Positions 29,363 through 39,048 of a stretch of 64,000 bases of DNA are shown here, one piece after another. The number at the start of each line of letters is the position of its first letter. Position 1 is the first letter of the stretch. The notes beneath the pieces were generated by a model, which saw nothing but the letters and a program-made list of their open reading frames with translations, had not been told where the DNA came from and did not search any database. A program made the translations under genes and the position numbers. Source of the DNA: Alphaproteobacteria bacterium (GTDB lineage Bacteria > Pseudomonadota > Alphaproteobacteria > Rs-D84); the NCBI GenBank assembly GCA_033345235.1, contig JAWPOC010000014.1:137085-201084 (forward strand), read 5' to 3'.

Positions 29363-29932
29363 CACAAAACCATATTTGATGACAGGTGTTTCATTGGATG
29401 CCGCCAAAAAATCGTCTTTGGTAATATTTACATCAATTGAATTGTCCAAAGTGATTTTTGTTGCGTGCACAGATGATTTTTTATCCATCAATAAATCCAA
29501 GCAATCTTTCGCATTTATACGAACCAGTCCGGCAACTTCATCAGGTTGAAAATGAAAATCTGTAAATCCTGTTGGTATTTTATTCGCATAAATATGTGCG
29601 AAAGCACGATCATGCCAATTTTTTTGCGGTTTATCTTGGCGCCAAAATACGATATCCAAAGCAATTGCATTTGATACATCTGTATTTATCCCAATTTCTT
29701 CATAAATTTCACGATGAAACGCATCACGTACAGTTTCTCCTGCCAGAACATGCCCCGATGCAGTTGTGTAAAGTTTTCCGGAATCCGCACGAATTTGAAA
29801 ATATACATTTCCGTCATCATCGTATAACCAACAATGAACAGTCTTGTGCCATAAACCGTTTTGGTGAACAATGTCCCGTCTTTCGGTGCCAATTTTATTC
29901 ATATATTCGTCATAAATATCCAGATGTTCCAT
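29336..29932 (-). CDS. NUDIX hydrolase
   Basis: Nudix box GHVLAGETVRDAFHREIYEEIGI. Start taken at MEHLDIY; the upstream extension in the ORF track is implausible. Confidence 0.75.
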   Translation of the reverse strand: MEHLDIYDEYMNKIGTERRDIVHQNGLWHKTVHCWLYDDDGNVYFQIRADSGKLYTTASGHVLAGETVRDAFHREIYEEIGINTDVSNAIALDIVFWRQDKPQKNWHDRAFAHIYANKIPTGFTDFHFQPDEVAGLVRINAKDCLDLLMDKKSSVHATKITLDNSIDVNITKDDFLAASNETPVIKYGFVLQSIIQQN

Positions 29933-29986
29933 AAAATCCCCCTTTGCTAAGCGCATGATAATAAAATAGAACAGAAAATAAAAGAA

Positions 29987-30024
29987 AAAACACCCCATTC
30001 GGGGCGTTTAATTTTTATGGCGGA
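29987..30024. repeat. 38-bp perfect repeat: terminator hairpin plus tRNA-Ser 3'-end remnant (tggcgga..ttcgaac)
   Basis: aaaacaccccattcggggcgtttaatttttatggcgga is identical to 31349-31386. It also serves as the trpS terminator. Confidence 0.7.
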
Positions 30025-30063
30025 GAGAAATTCTGTTTCGAACTTTCCTATACCTAAATATCG

Positions 30064-31062
30064 TTATTTTAAACCTAACGCAACCCTTGCCCGATTCAAA
30101 GTTTCCGATGCAACGATACGTGCACGTTCGGCACCTGCTGTCAAAATCGCATTCAATACATCTGAGTTTTTGAATTGTTGATATTTTGTCTGGATATTTT
30201 CAATCAAATCGCAAACAGCATCAGCAACTTCTCGCTTGAAATCGCCATATCCGCGACCGACAAAGCGTTTTTCGATACTTTCGATGCTTTCGCTGGTTGT
30301 TGCGGCCAGAATACTTATTAAATTTGAAATGCCGGGTTTGTTTTCTTCATTAAATCGTACCACAGATTCACTGTCTGTGACTGCGGACATGATTTTTTTG
30401 CGCGCTAACTTCAAATCGTCCATTAAAAAGATTGTTCCGAGGTTTGGTCCATCGGATTTATTCATCTTTTCGGTCGGATTTTGCAGGTTCAATATCTTGT
30501 TACCCACGGGTGCGATATAGACATCTGGTTCATTAAGTGTATCGCCGTATCGTTTGTTGAATCTTTGTGCCAAATCACGTGTTAGTTCGACATGTTGTTG
30601 CTGGTCCATTCCCACCGGTACTATATCTGTGTTATACAGCAAAATATCGGCAGACATTAACGGCGGATAAACGAATAGTCCTGTATCAATGCCGTTTTTG
30701 CCCATATTTTGTGATTTTAGTTTGAATTGGGTCATACGCGATAATTCACCAATATGGGTCTGAAATGTCATTATAAAGCCCATAATGCCGTGTTTCAACA
30801 CATCACTTTGCCGAAAGATAATTGTTTGTTCTGGATTAATACCGCATGCCAAATACATGGCAATACAGTCATTGACTGCTTCGCGTAATTCCGCTGGATT
30901 GCGTGGCGATGTTATCGCGTGTAAATCCGCCACAAAGATATAACTTTTGTATTGATTTTGACGTGTTACAAAGTTTTTAATTGCACCCAAATAGTTGCCT
31001 AATGTCAAATTTCCACTTGGGCGCACACCTGTTAACATAACCTTTTGTTCATTGTTTTTCAT
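30064..31062 (-). CDS. trpS: Tryptophanyl-tRNA synthetase
   Basis: Class-I motifs ..GVRPSGNLTLGNYLGA.. and KMNKS. Confidence 0.9.
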   Translation of the reverse strand: MKNNEQKVMLTGVRPSGNLTLGNYLGAIKNFVTRQNQYKSYIFVADLHAITSPRNPAELREAVNDCIAMYLACGINPEQTIIFRQSDVLKHGIMGFIMTFQTHIGELSRMTQFKLKSQNMGKNGIDTGLFVYPPLMSADILLYNTDIVPVGMDQQQHVELTRDLAQRFNKRYGDTLNEPDVYIAPVGNKILNLQNPTEKMNKSDGPNLGTIFLMDDLKLARKKIMSAVTDSESVVRFNEENKPGISNLISILAATTSESIESIEKRFVGRGYGDFKREVADAVCDLIENIQTKYQQFKNSDVLNAILTAGAERARIVASETLNRARVALGLK

Positions 31063-31348
31063 AATAAAAATCCTTTGTTTAATGATTAAACTAAATTAAG
31101 TTAAAAAAATATAATAGGCATAAAAAATACTGGCTGTGACTACAGCCACCAAATTAAAGAACAAAAAGCAATTTGTGTTTTCATGTTTACAATTGTAGTG
31201 TGTTTAAGTTGAAAAGTCAATAGCTCGACCATTGACTATCGGAAAATGGGTGAGGATAGAAAGCAGGATATTATGGCATAAAAAGGAGTGCCTTTCGCCT
31301 ACGGCTCGCCCTCCTTGGGGGGCTCATCCGACCACCACAGATAAAAAT

Positions 31349-31386
31349 AAAACACCCCATTCGGGGCGTTTAATTTTTATGGCGGA
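31349..31386. repeat. 38-bp perfect repeat copy 2 (tRNA-Ser terminator and 3' end)
   Basis: Identical to 29987-30024. Confidence 0.7.
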
Positions 31387-31469
31387 TGGTGAGGGATTCG
31401 AACCCCCGGTGGAGTTGCCCCCACAACGGTTTTCAAGACCGCCGCATTCGACCGCTCTGCCAACCATCC
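31380..31469 (-). tRNA. tRNA-Ser (anticodon UGA), long variable arm
   Basis: Reverse complement ggatggttggcagagcggtcgaatgcggcggtcttgaaaaccgttgtgggggcaactccaccgggggttcgaatccctcaccatccgcca. Anticodon loop cTTGAaa; variable arm 17 nt. Confidence 0.85.
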
Positions 31470-31592
31470 TAAACTTTGTTCTGTTGCCGTCGGTCTTTCA
31501 ACCTACGGTTTTGTTCGCTGAACACAACTGACGTTGTTGCTCACCACTCGTTAGTGTTCGGCTTCACTGCGTTTGCCTTACTTACTCGTATG

Positions 31593-31627
31593 CAAGACCG
31601 CCGCCGCGCCCCGTCTGCCAACCATCC
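31593..31627 (-). other. Degenerate 5'-half remnant of a tRNA-Ser gene
   Basis: caagaccgccgc..gtctgccaaccatcc matches the 5' half (acceptor/D-arm/anticodon stem) of the intact tRNA-Ser 130 bp upstream. Confidence 0.5.
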
Positions 31628-32005
31628 GAAACTTATTCAGAACCGACACGTAGTCTATATCTTGAAATGAAAAAAGTCAAATATATTTTTTATTGTACGC
31701 CAAATTGTGTTTGTTTTTTTGATTGTATTCAATAATTCTTTTATCACGATATTTTATATAAAACAGGGTGATTATTATGAATGTTAAAATAATAAAGCCA
31801 TCGGAAAAATATATTGAATAAATGATAAACAAACACTCCAAACGGGGGGAAAATTCGGTTTCAGAATTTGTTTTGCTTTATCAATTGCCTCATGTAATCC
31901 TTTGTTGTTTTGAATAATAGGAAGAGGGCTAGGTCGATGGTTTTTTATATTGATTTTCCTATGTTCAGATAATAATATATATCTATGTGTTTTAGGTGAA
32001 AATAT

Positions 32006-33157
32006 ATGAGAAAAACGAAAGTAATTTTTTGTATTCCAAATATGGTTATCGGTGGTGTTGAAACTGTTTTTGTGAATATGATAAATGAATTGTCAAAATG
32101 CCCAGATTTAAGTATAAAAATTGTAACACATGCCAAAATTCGCGAACCTTTGTACACTGATTGGTTAAAGACACATCCGGAAATACCGGTGTATGTATAT
32201 TATCCGCTGTGCAATTGGTTTGAATATATGCAAAAATATTGCAAGGTTTTTCCGTTAAAACTATTACGTAAAATATTATTCAGCACATACAAAAAATACA
32301 GACGATTAGTTTGCGGGTTAAAAAATATCTTTGGTAATGCGGATATTATTATTGATTATAAAAACTTTTCATTTTTCAAAGAATTAAAGAATGTCGATAA
32401 ACCAAAGGTCGCATGGGCACATACTGCAAATTCTTATTTTGAAAATCACGGTTCGTTTTCCAGATTGCCAATATATGACAAGGTCGTTGGTATCACAGAT
32501 GATTTTGTTGATGTGTTCAAACGGGATTATCCTAAATATTCAGACAAAGTTATACGAATTTACAATCCCATAGATATTGATTTAATACGTAAAAAAGCCG
32601 CTCAGGGCAATGTACCAGATGAAAAATATTTTTGTCATGTGTCCAGACTGGTTGCGGGCAAAGATATCAAGACTTTACTGGATGCGTTTGAGATGTTTTC
32701 CAAAACAAATGATGATGTAAAGTTATATATTGTTGGTGATGGTGATATGGCCACCTCTTTCAAGGATTATGCAAAGATATTATCGTCATGCAACAGGATT
32801 GTCTTTACAGGCGCGTTGCAAAACCCATATCCGATAATGCATGGTGCAATTGCAAATATTTTATCCAGTGAATTTGAAGGTTTACCCACTGTATTAATTG
32901 AATCCCAGGCATTAGGTGTGCCGATGATATCTTCTGATTGTAAAAATGGTCCACGTGAGATTTTATGTGATGGCAAATGTGGCTTTTTGTTTGACGTTGG
33001 TAATGCAAAACAATTATCACAATGTATGCATGATATTATTAATAAAAAGTCAAGTTTGACAAGTATTATAAAAAATGCCAAAATTGGCTTGGAAAGATTT
33101 AATGCAACAAATATATGTAAAGATATTGTCAGTATATTTAAAGATTTAAAACAATAG
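32006..33157 (+). CDS. Glycosyltransferase family 4 (GT1 group)
   Basis: ..EGLPTVLIESQALGVPMISSDCKNGPREIL.. EX7E region typical of GT4. Confidence 0.8.
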   Translation: MRKTKVIFCIPNMVIGGVETVFVNMINELSKCPDLSIKIVTHAKIREPLYTDWLKTHPEIPVYVYYPLCNWFEYMQKYCKVFPLKLLRKILFSTYKKYRRLVCGLKNIFGNADIIIDYKNFSFFKELKNVDKPKVAWAHTANSYFENHGSFSRLPIYDKVVGITDDFVDVFKRDYPKYSDKVIRIYNPIDIDLIRKKAAQGNVPDEKYFCHVSRLVAGKDIKTLLDAFEMFSKTNDDVKLYIVGDGDMATSFKDYAKILSSCNRIVFTGALQNPYPIMHGAIANILSSEFEGLPTVLIESQALGVPMISSDCKNGPREILCDGKCGFLFDVGNAKQLSQCMHDIINKKSSLTSIIKNAKIGLERFNATNICKDIVSIFKDLKQ

Positions 33158-33168
33158 GATATATAAAT

Positions 33169-34014
33169 ATGCCTCGTGTATCTGTCTTGACCCCGATTTA
33201 TAATACAAATCCATCGCATTTGCGTGAAATGATTGAATCTATTTTAAATCAAACGTTTACGGATTTTGAATTTTTGATTTTAAATGACAGTCCTGAAAAC
33301 AAAGAAATTGAAAAGATTGTAAAATCTTATAAAGACAAACGTATCAAATATTTCAAAAATGACAAGAACATGGGGATTACCCCATCGCGTAATAAATTGA
33401 TGGATATGGCATGTGGTGAATATATTGCGGTATTTGATCATGATGATATATCTGTGCCATCGCGTCTTGAACAGCAGGTTAATTTTTTGGATAAAAATCC
33501 GCATATTGGTGTTGTTTCTGGGTGGTTGAAATTTTTTGGTAATAAAACAACGATACTCAAAAATCCAGAATATGATAACGATATTAAAATTTTTATGACA
33601 GATGATTGTGTTATTGCACATACAGCTGCAATGATACGTAAATCTGTTTTAGATGAAAATAATATCAGATATGACGAATATTACAGTCCGTCCGAAGACT
33701 ATAAATTATGGGCCCAGTTGATGCCACTGACACATTTTTATAATATACCAAATGTTTTAGTTTTGTATCGTTATATAGACGGAAATACAACAAATACGCA
33801 ACAAGATAAAATGGTAAGTACATCAAATGCGATTAGATTGGAGTTGCGTAATAAATATAGTGCATATTACGCAGAATATAGAAGCAGAACAATTGAACAT
33901 TCTGGGACGACTTTTAGATTTCGTTTATTCGGTTTAGTGCCAATTTTTAAAATAAAAAATAGTTGGGTGTTTTTGTTTGAATTTATCCCGATTTTTAAGT
34001 TCAGTAATAAATAA
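33169..34014 (+). CDS. Glycosyltransferase family 2
   Basis: ..VSVLTPIYNTNPSHLREMIESILNQTFTDFEFLILNDSP.. GT-A N-terminal signature. Confidence 0.8.
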   Translation: MPRVSVLTPIYNTNPSHLREMIESILNQTFTDFEFLILNDSPENKEIEKIVKSYKDKRIKYFKNDKNMGITPSRNKLMDMACGEYIAVFDHDDISVPSRLEQQVNFLDKNPHIGVVSGWLKFFGNKTTILKNPEYDNDIKIFMTDDCVIAHTAAMIRKSVLDENNIRYDEYYSPSEDYKLWAQLMPLTHFYNIPNVLVLYRYIDGNTTNTQQDKMVSTSNAIRLELRNKYSAYYAEYRSRTIEHSGTTFRFRLFGLVPIFKIKNSWVFLFEFIPIFKFSNK

Positions 34015-34031
34015 GTTTACAAGGTAACAGT

Positions 34032-34859
34032 ATGAATAAAGTAAAAAAACTTCGTTGTTTTAGATACAGATTGTTGAGAATCCTGTTCTTTTATAACAGA
34101 AATAAAAGGCATGCCGTATTAAAAACGTTTGTAAAAAACAGGTTAATGACACAAAGACGCTGTAAAAAAGTATTAGATTTTGGTGATGTGTATAACACTC
34201 CTGTGTTTATAATTTCTTATAATCAATTGTCTTATGTAAAATAAATGGTTGATTGGTTGAAAAGATATGGTTTTAATAATATACATATTGTTGATAATCA
34301 ATCTTTTTATAAACCGCTATTAAACTACCTGGATAAAGTTGATTGTGTTGTTCATCATATGGATAATAATTACGGGCATACTGTTATATGGTCTTCGGGT
34401 AAATTTGATGATATTATAAATAATAAGTGTTATATCGTATCTGACTGTGATGTTGCACCAAATTCAAAGTTATCAAAAGATTTTTTATACCGTTTATACG
34501 AAATACTTTACAGATTCCCGTATATAACCAAAGTTGGTTTTGCATTAAATATAAAAGATTTACCAAAAAATCCGAAAAACAAAATTGTAAAACAGTGGGA
34601 AAAACAGTTTTGGGAAACAGAGATTGAAAAAAATTTATATTTAGCTAATATAGATACAACATTTGCCTTATATCGTCCTGGTCAAATAAAAATGAATACA
34701 GAAACATTTTATAGTGCGATAAGGGTTGCGGGCGATATGACAGCAATACATTTGCCATGGTTTAATGAAAAAGAGACGAAAGAATTCGCCTTTTACAAGA
34801 AAACAGCAAATTCGTCCGCATCTTGGGCAACAGATGCTAAACAATATGAAAAAGGGTAA
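34032..34859 (+). pseudogene. GT-A-fold glycosyltransferase interrupted by an in-frame TAA at 34242-34244
   Basis: ..PVFIISYNQLSYVK [TAA] MVDWLKRYGFNNIHIVDNQS.. is one contiguous GT-A N-terminal motif (compare VSVIIPTYN...DFEVIVVDDGS) split by a stop. Both parts are in the same frame. Confidence 0.5.
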
Positions 34860-34911
34860 ACAAGATGAGTATATTCGTGTTAAAAATCAGTTTAGGATAA
34901 AGGTGTAAGTA

Positions 34912-35613
34912 ATGAAATACCTGATAACAATTGTGTGCTGGTTTATTCCTATAAAAAACGTTCGAATTTATCTTAAAAATAAGTACGTAAAAAGTAAACG
35001 TATAAAGTACACAAATGGAAATAAAGTAATTGTTCATGGCGAAAATGGTGAAATAATTGTCAATCCATATAGTATTTTGGGATTGAAAATTTCCTTTAAT
35101 GGGCACAACAGTATAATTGAATTATATAAACCTATAAAGTTTTATAAATCAGAAATAAAAGTTGATAGTAATTGCAAAATAACTATTCATAAATCATACC
35201 AAATTAACATGCTTGTATATGCATATGATGATTCCAGTATATTTATTGATGATAATGTTGGAATTGGTGGGGCACGTATTCATATGATGAATGAAAAAGG
35301 TACTTCCTTGTATATTGGGCCAGATGCAGTTTTATCGTATGATATAGAAATATATACCACAGATACGCATCCGATTTTAGATTTACATGGTAACATAATA
35401 AACAATACAAAATCGTCAGTTATTATTGGTGCACATACATGGGTTGGTGCATCAAGTGTATTATTAAAAGGGTGCCAGTTGCCAGAAAATTGTATTATCG
35501 GACATTCTTCTGTAGTTACCAAGAAGTTTCAGGAACCCAACACTATTATTGCGGGAAATCCCGCCAGAGTTGTTAAAAGTAATATCAATTGGCGTGGTGG
35601 AACAATAGACTAA
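34912..35613 (+). CDS. Hexapeptide-repeat (left-handed beta-helix) O-acetyltransferase
   Basis: ..IGAHTWVGASSVLLKGCQLPENCIIGHSSVV.. hexapeptide repeats. Confidence 0.75.
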   Translation: MKYLITIVCWFIPIKNVRIYLKNKYVKSKRIKYTNGNKVIVHGENGEIIVNPYSILGLKISFNGHNSIIELYKPIKFYKSEIKVDSNCKITIHKSYQINMLVYAYDDSSIFIDDNVGIGGARIHMMNEKGTSLYIGPDAVLSYDIEIYTTDTHPILDLHGNIINNTKSSVIIGAHTWVGASSVLLKGCQLPENCIIGHSSVVTKKFQEPNTIIAGNPARVVKSNINWRGGTID

Positions 35614-35633
35614 GATGTAAAAAGGGTCGTGTT

Positions 35634-36722
35634 ATGAAAATAGTTTTTCTAATGAACCATATTGTAATGGGTGGTCTGGAAAAGATTTTGTGCGAATACG
35701 TTAAGGCTATTAATGAATATGATGGTATTGAAGTCATTGTTGTTTCGCAACATAGGGTGAAAGAAAGTTTTTTCTTAGATTTTTTCAAAACATATAACAT
35801 TACTTTGATAGATAATATTTTTCCGCGACATAGGGCGCATTTTGTTCTACGTAAACTTATAAGAAACGTGGTAATCAAACGCAAATTACAAAAATTATTT
35901 GATAAATATGATATTATAATAGATTTTGCCAATTTTTCCTGGTCACGTTATATCGCTTCGATTAACAAGCCAAAGATGGGCTGGTGTCATGGCAGTTTTT
36001 TGGTGTTTGACAAGATGACAAAAATGCACAATTTGGATATTTACGATAAAATTGTATGTCTAACAAATTCGTGTATGACCATGGCCTGTAAACAATATCC
36101 GCATCTGTCAGATAAAATAGTACATCTTTATAATCCAATAGACTATAAAAGCATATCAACACAACAACAAAAATCTGAATCGCCAGACTCGTATTTTTGT
36201 GCAGTTCAACGTCTTGATACTGATAAAGATGTTGCGACAGTAATCAAGGCGTTTAATCTATTTTCTGAAAATCATCCAGGTGTAAAATTGTTGATTGTGG
36301 GTGATGGCCCCTTGCGTCAATCTTTAACGGAATTGGCATCTGTTAATTCTCGTATTATCTTTACTGGTCAGGTTGATACTCCTTATTCCATTATATCTGG
36401 GGCAACAGCGTTAATTTTGTCTTCTACCACACATATTGGCGAAGGCTTGCCGACCGTATTATTAGAAGCACTTGCATTAAAAACATTGGCGATATCTTCT
36501 GATGTACCATCTGGTCCACGCGAAATATTAATGGATGGTCAATCTGGGGTATTATTCAAGCCTGGGGATTACCAAGAGTTATCACAGATTTTATCAGATG
36601 TGTGGGATTGTAAATATGATATTAACGCGATAAAAACAAATGCAACTGCTTCTTTGAGGCGTTTTGATAAAAAACGTATAACAAAAGAATTAATAGAAGT
36701 GATAAAAACAATTATGAAATAA
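35634..36722 (+). CDS. Glycosyltransferase family 4
   Basis: ..GEGLPTVLLEALALKTLAISSDVPSGPREIL.. Start at MKIVFLMNH. Confidence 0.8.
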   Translation: MKIVFLMNHIVMGGLEKILCEYVKAINEYDGIEVIVVSQHRVKESFFLDFFKTYNITLIDNIFPRHRAHFVLRKLIRNVVIKRKLQKLFDKYDIIIDFANFSWSRYIASINKPKMGWCHGSFLVFDKMTKMHNLDIYDKIVCLTNSCMTMACKQYPHLSDKIVHLYNPIDYKSISTQQQKSESPDSYFCAVQRLDTDKDVATVIKAFNLFSENHPGVKLLIVGDGPLRQSLTELASVNSRIIFTGQVDTPYSIISGATALILSSTTHIGEGLPTVLLEALALKTLAISSDVPSGPREILMDGQSGVLFKPGDYQELSQILSDVWDCKYDINAIKTNATASLRRFDKKRITKELIEVIKTIMK

Positions 36723-36733
36723 AAGGTTTTATT

Positions 36734-37945
36734 ATGACATATGTTGATAATATTGTATTTTTTTCATACCCAATAGATATCCGTGCTGGGGGACCTGCTG
36801 GATATATTGCAAACTTGCAAAAAGGGTTGAATAAAATAGATGCAAAAAATATTGCATTTATAAATGCTTCGAACACTAGTTTTGTTCGTGTAAAAGTTGT
36901 GAAGTTTTTAGCTTCTATTTTTTCTTTTTGTATACCAATAAGGAGTGTACGTAGTTGGGTTCGTAATAATATAAGACTTCTATTAAATCTCGGGCATACT
37001 ACACAGTGGCACATAAATAATACATATTTTAAAAAACTCAGACGATATAAATTTAAAACAATTACATGTCATTGTACACCTGATGCACTACTGATACGGG
37101 ATTTTTTAAATAAATATAATATAAAAGCTAAATTAATGTTAATGTCTCATTCTCCTCAACCTCCATCAGAGGAAATATATGAACGTGCATTGGCAAATCA
37201 AGAGTCTGATGCATTGGAACAACTAAAATATTGGCAAGAAATAGAGAAGAGGGCGTTTGAAACAGCAGACATATACATATTCCCATCTAAAGAAGCTCTT
37301 ACTTGTTATACAGATAAAATGAAATATTTACCTGATTTAATACAGAAAAAACGCATAGTATATATTCGCACAGGTTGTGAACAATTAAAATCAGATGCCA
37401 CCAAGTTAGAAATTAGAAAGAAATATAATATAAATACAAAATTTGTTATATGTTATATTGGTCGTCACAATTCGATTAAGGGGTATGATAAGTTGCAAGA
37501 AATTGCATCTTGTATTCTAAAACAGAGAAAAGATGTTTCTTTTTTGATTGGTGGCGCATTTGGGCCAATCCAACCGCTAAAACACGAGCGTTGGATTGAA
37601 ATTGGTCGTTGTAATCCAGCAGAAGTTTTGAAAGCTGCTGATTTGTTCGTGTTGCCGAATAAACAAACTTATTTTGATTTAATTTTACTAGAAGTGTTAT
37701 CTACTGGTACACCTTGTTTGGCATCTGGAACAGGAGGTAATATAACCGTTTATAATGATACTGGGGCACTACAGTTATATGATAGTGTAAATGATTGTGT
37801 TAATAATATAAATATGTTTCTTGATAGTGATATAAATATCAAACAGGATATGTGTCGTAAAGCGTACAATGCTTATTTAAACAATTATACATTAGAAAAA
37901 TTTGCTAATAATTATATAAAAATAATAGACAGGATTGAAAAATGA
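36734..37945 (+). CDS. Glycosyltransferase (GT-B fold, GT4-like)
   Basis: C-terminal ..LEVLSTGTPCLASGTGGNITV.. nucleotide-sugar binding region. Same operon as the flanking GT genes. Confidence 0.6.
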   Translation: MTYVDNIVFFSYPIDIRAGGPAGYIANLQKGLNKIDAKNIAFINASNTSFVRVKVVKFLASIFSFCIPIRSVRSWVRNNIRLLLNLGHTTQWHINNTYFKKLRRYKFKTITCHCTPDALLIRDFLNKYNIKAKLMLMSHSPQPPSEEIYERALANQESDALEQLKYWQEIEKRAFETADIYIFPSKEALTCYTDKMKYLPDLIQKKRIVYIRTGCEQLKSDATKLEIRKKYNINTKFVICYIGRHNSIKGYDKLQEIASCILKQRKDVSFLIGGAFGPIQPLKHERWIEIGRCNPAEVLKAADLFVLPNKQTYFDLILLEVLSTGTPCLASGTGGNITVYNDTGALQLYDSVNDCVNNINMFLDSDINIKQDMCRKAYNAYLNNYTLEKFANNYIKIIDRIEK

Positions 37946-39030
37946 ATAATTTAATTGTTGGATGTGGAATATCTGGTGCGACAATGGCACGTATGCTGGC
38001 AGAGCGTGGCGAAAAAGTAACGATTATTGATTCCAAAGACCATGTTGCAGGAAATATCTATGACTATTATCAAGATGGTATTTGTGTTCATAAATATGGC
38101 ACACATATTTTTCATACGAATAACAAGACAGTTTGGGATTTTATTTCTCGTTTTTGTCAATGGTACCCTTATCAACACAAGGTTCGTGGCCTGATTGACG
38201 GACAAATTGTGCCTATCCCATTTAATTTGAATACATTGCATATTGTGTTCCCGGAGAGCATCGCCAGCACAATAGAAAAAAAATTATTAGATAATTTTGG
38301 ATTAAATGTAAAAGTCCCAATTCTTGAATTACGCAAAAAAGAAGACAAAGATTTACAATTTTTGGCGCAATATATTTATGAAAAAATATTCCTGGAATAC
38401 ACTTTAAAACAATGGGGGCAAACGCCAGATGATATTGACCCTTCTGTATCTGGTCGCGTGCCAGTATATATCTCTCGTGATGATAGATATTTCCAAGATA
38501 AATATCAGGGTATTCCAATTGGTGGTTATACTGCGATGATAAAAAATATGTTAAATCACAAGAATATCACAGTTAAATTAAATACTAAGTTCTCCAAAAA
38601 TATGGAATACGATCGGTTATTCTGGTCTGGTAGTATAGATGAATTTTTTGATTATCAGTATGGCGAGTTGCCATATCGTAGTGAACGGTTTGAATTTATT
38701 ACATACCCTTTCTCAAAATTCCAAGATGTAGCAGTAGTAAATTACCCATGTAATTACGATTTTACGCGTATTGGTGAATACAAACATTTCTTGAATGACC
38801 AATCAGACAAAACAATTGTTTCGTATGAATATCCAGAAGTATTTGAAAAGGGTAAAAATGACCGTTATTACCCGATAGTAAATCCTCAAAATTCTGAGTT
38901 ATACCAGAAATATTTATTACTTGCCCAAAATATGGACAATGTGTATTTCTTCGGACGTCTGGGGGATTACAGATATTACGATATGGACAAGGCGGTTGCT
39001 CGTTGCCTTGACTTAATACAGGATATATAA
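37942..39030 (+). CDS. glf: UDP-galactopyranose mutase
   Basis: N-terminal FAD motif ..IVGCGISGATMARMLAERG.. and ~360 aa length typical of Glf. Overlaps the upstream gene by 4 nt. Confidence 0.85.
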   Translation: MNNLIVGCGISGATMARMLAERGEKVTIIDSKDHVAGNIYDYYQDGICVHKYGTHIFHTNNKTVWDFISRFCQWYPYQHKVRGLIDGQIVPIPFNLNTLHIVFPESIASTIEKKLLDNFGLNVKVPILELRKKEDKDLQFLAQYIYEKIFLEYTLKQWGQTPDDIDPSVSGRVPVYISRDDRYFQDKYQGIPIGGYTAMIKNMLNHKNITVKLNTKFSKNMEYDRLFWSGSIDEFFDYQYGELPYRSERFEFITYPFSKFQDVAVVNYPCNYDFTRIGEYKHFLNDQSDKTIVSYEYPEVFEKGKNDRYYPIVNPQNSELYQKYLLLAQNMDNVYFFGRLGDYRYYDMDKAVARCLDLIQDI

Positions 39031-39048
39031 TCCCCCTATGTATGGATT

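Noticed and set aside
31063-31348. T-box leader upstream of trpS
   Set aside because: The region has small palindromes (ggctgtgactacagcc; gtcaat..attgac), but no specifier-loop/T-box (AATTAGGGTGGNACCGCG-like) sequence is visible, and the organism looks proteobacterial.
31232-31531. 99-aa ORF overlapping tRNA-Ser
   Set aside because: It overlaps the tRNA and its terminator on the opposite strand. The GC-rich Pro-rich translation is an artefact of tRNA sequence.
34032-34244. Treating the 70-aa ORF as an independent small gene
   Set aside because: Its C-terminus (PVFIISYNQ) and the N-terminus of the next ORF together form one GT-A motif in the same frame, so one interrupted gene explains it better.
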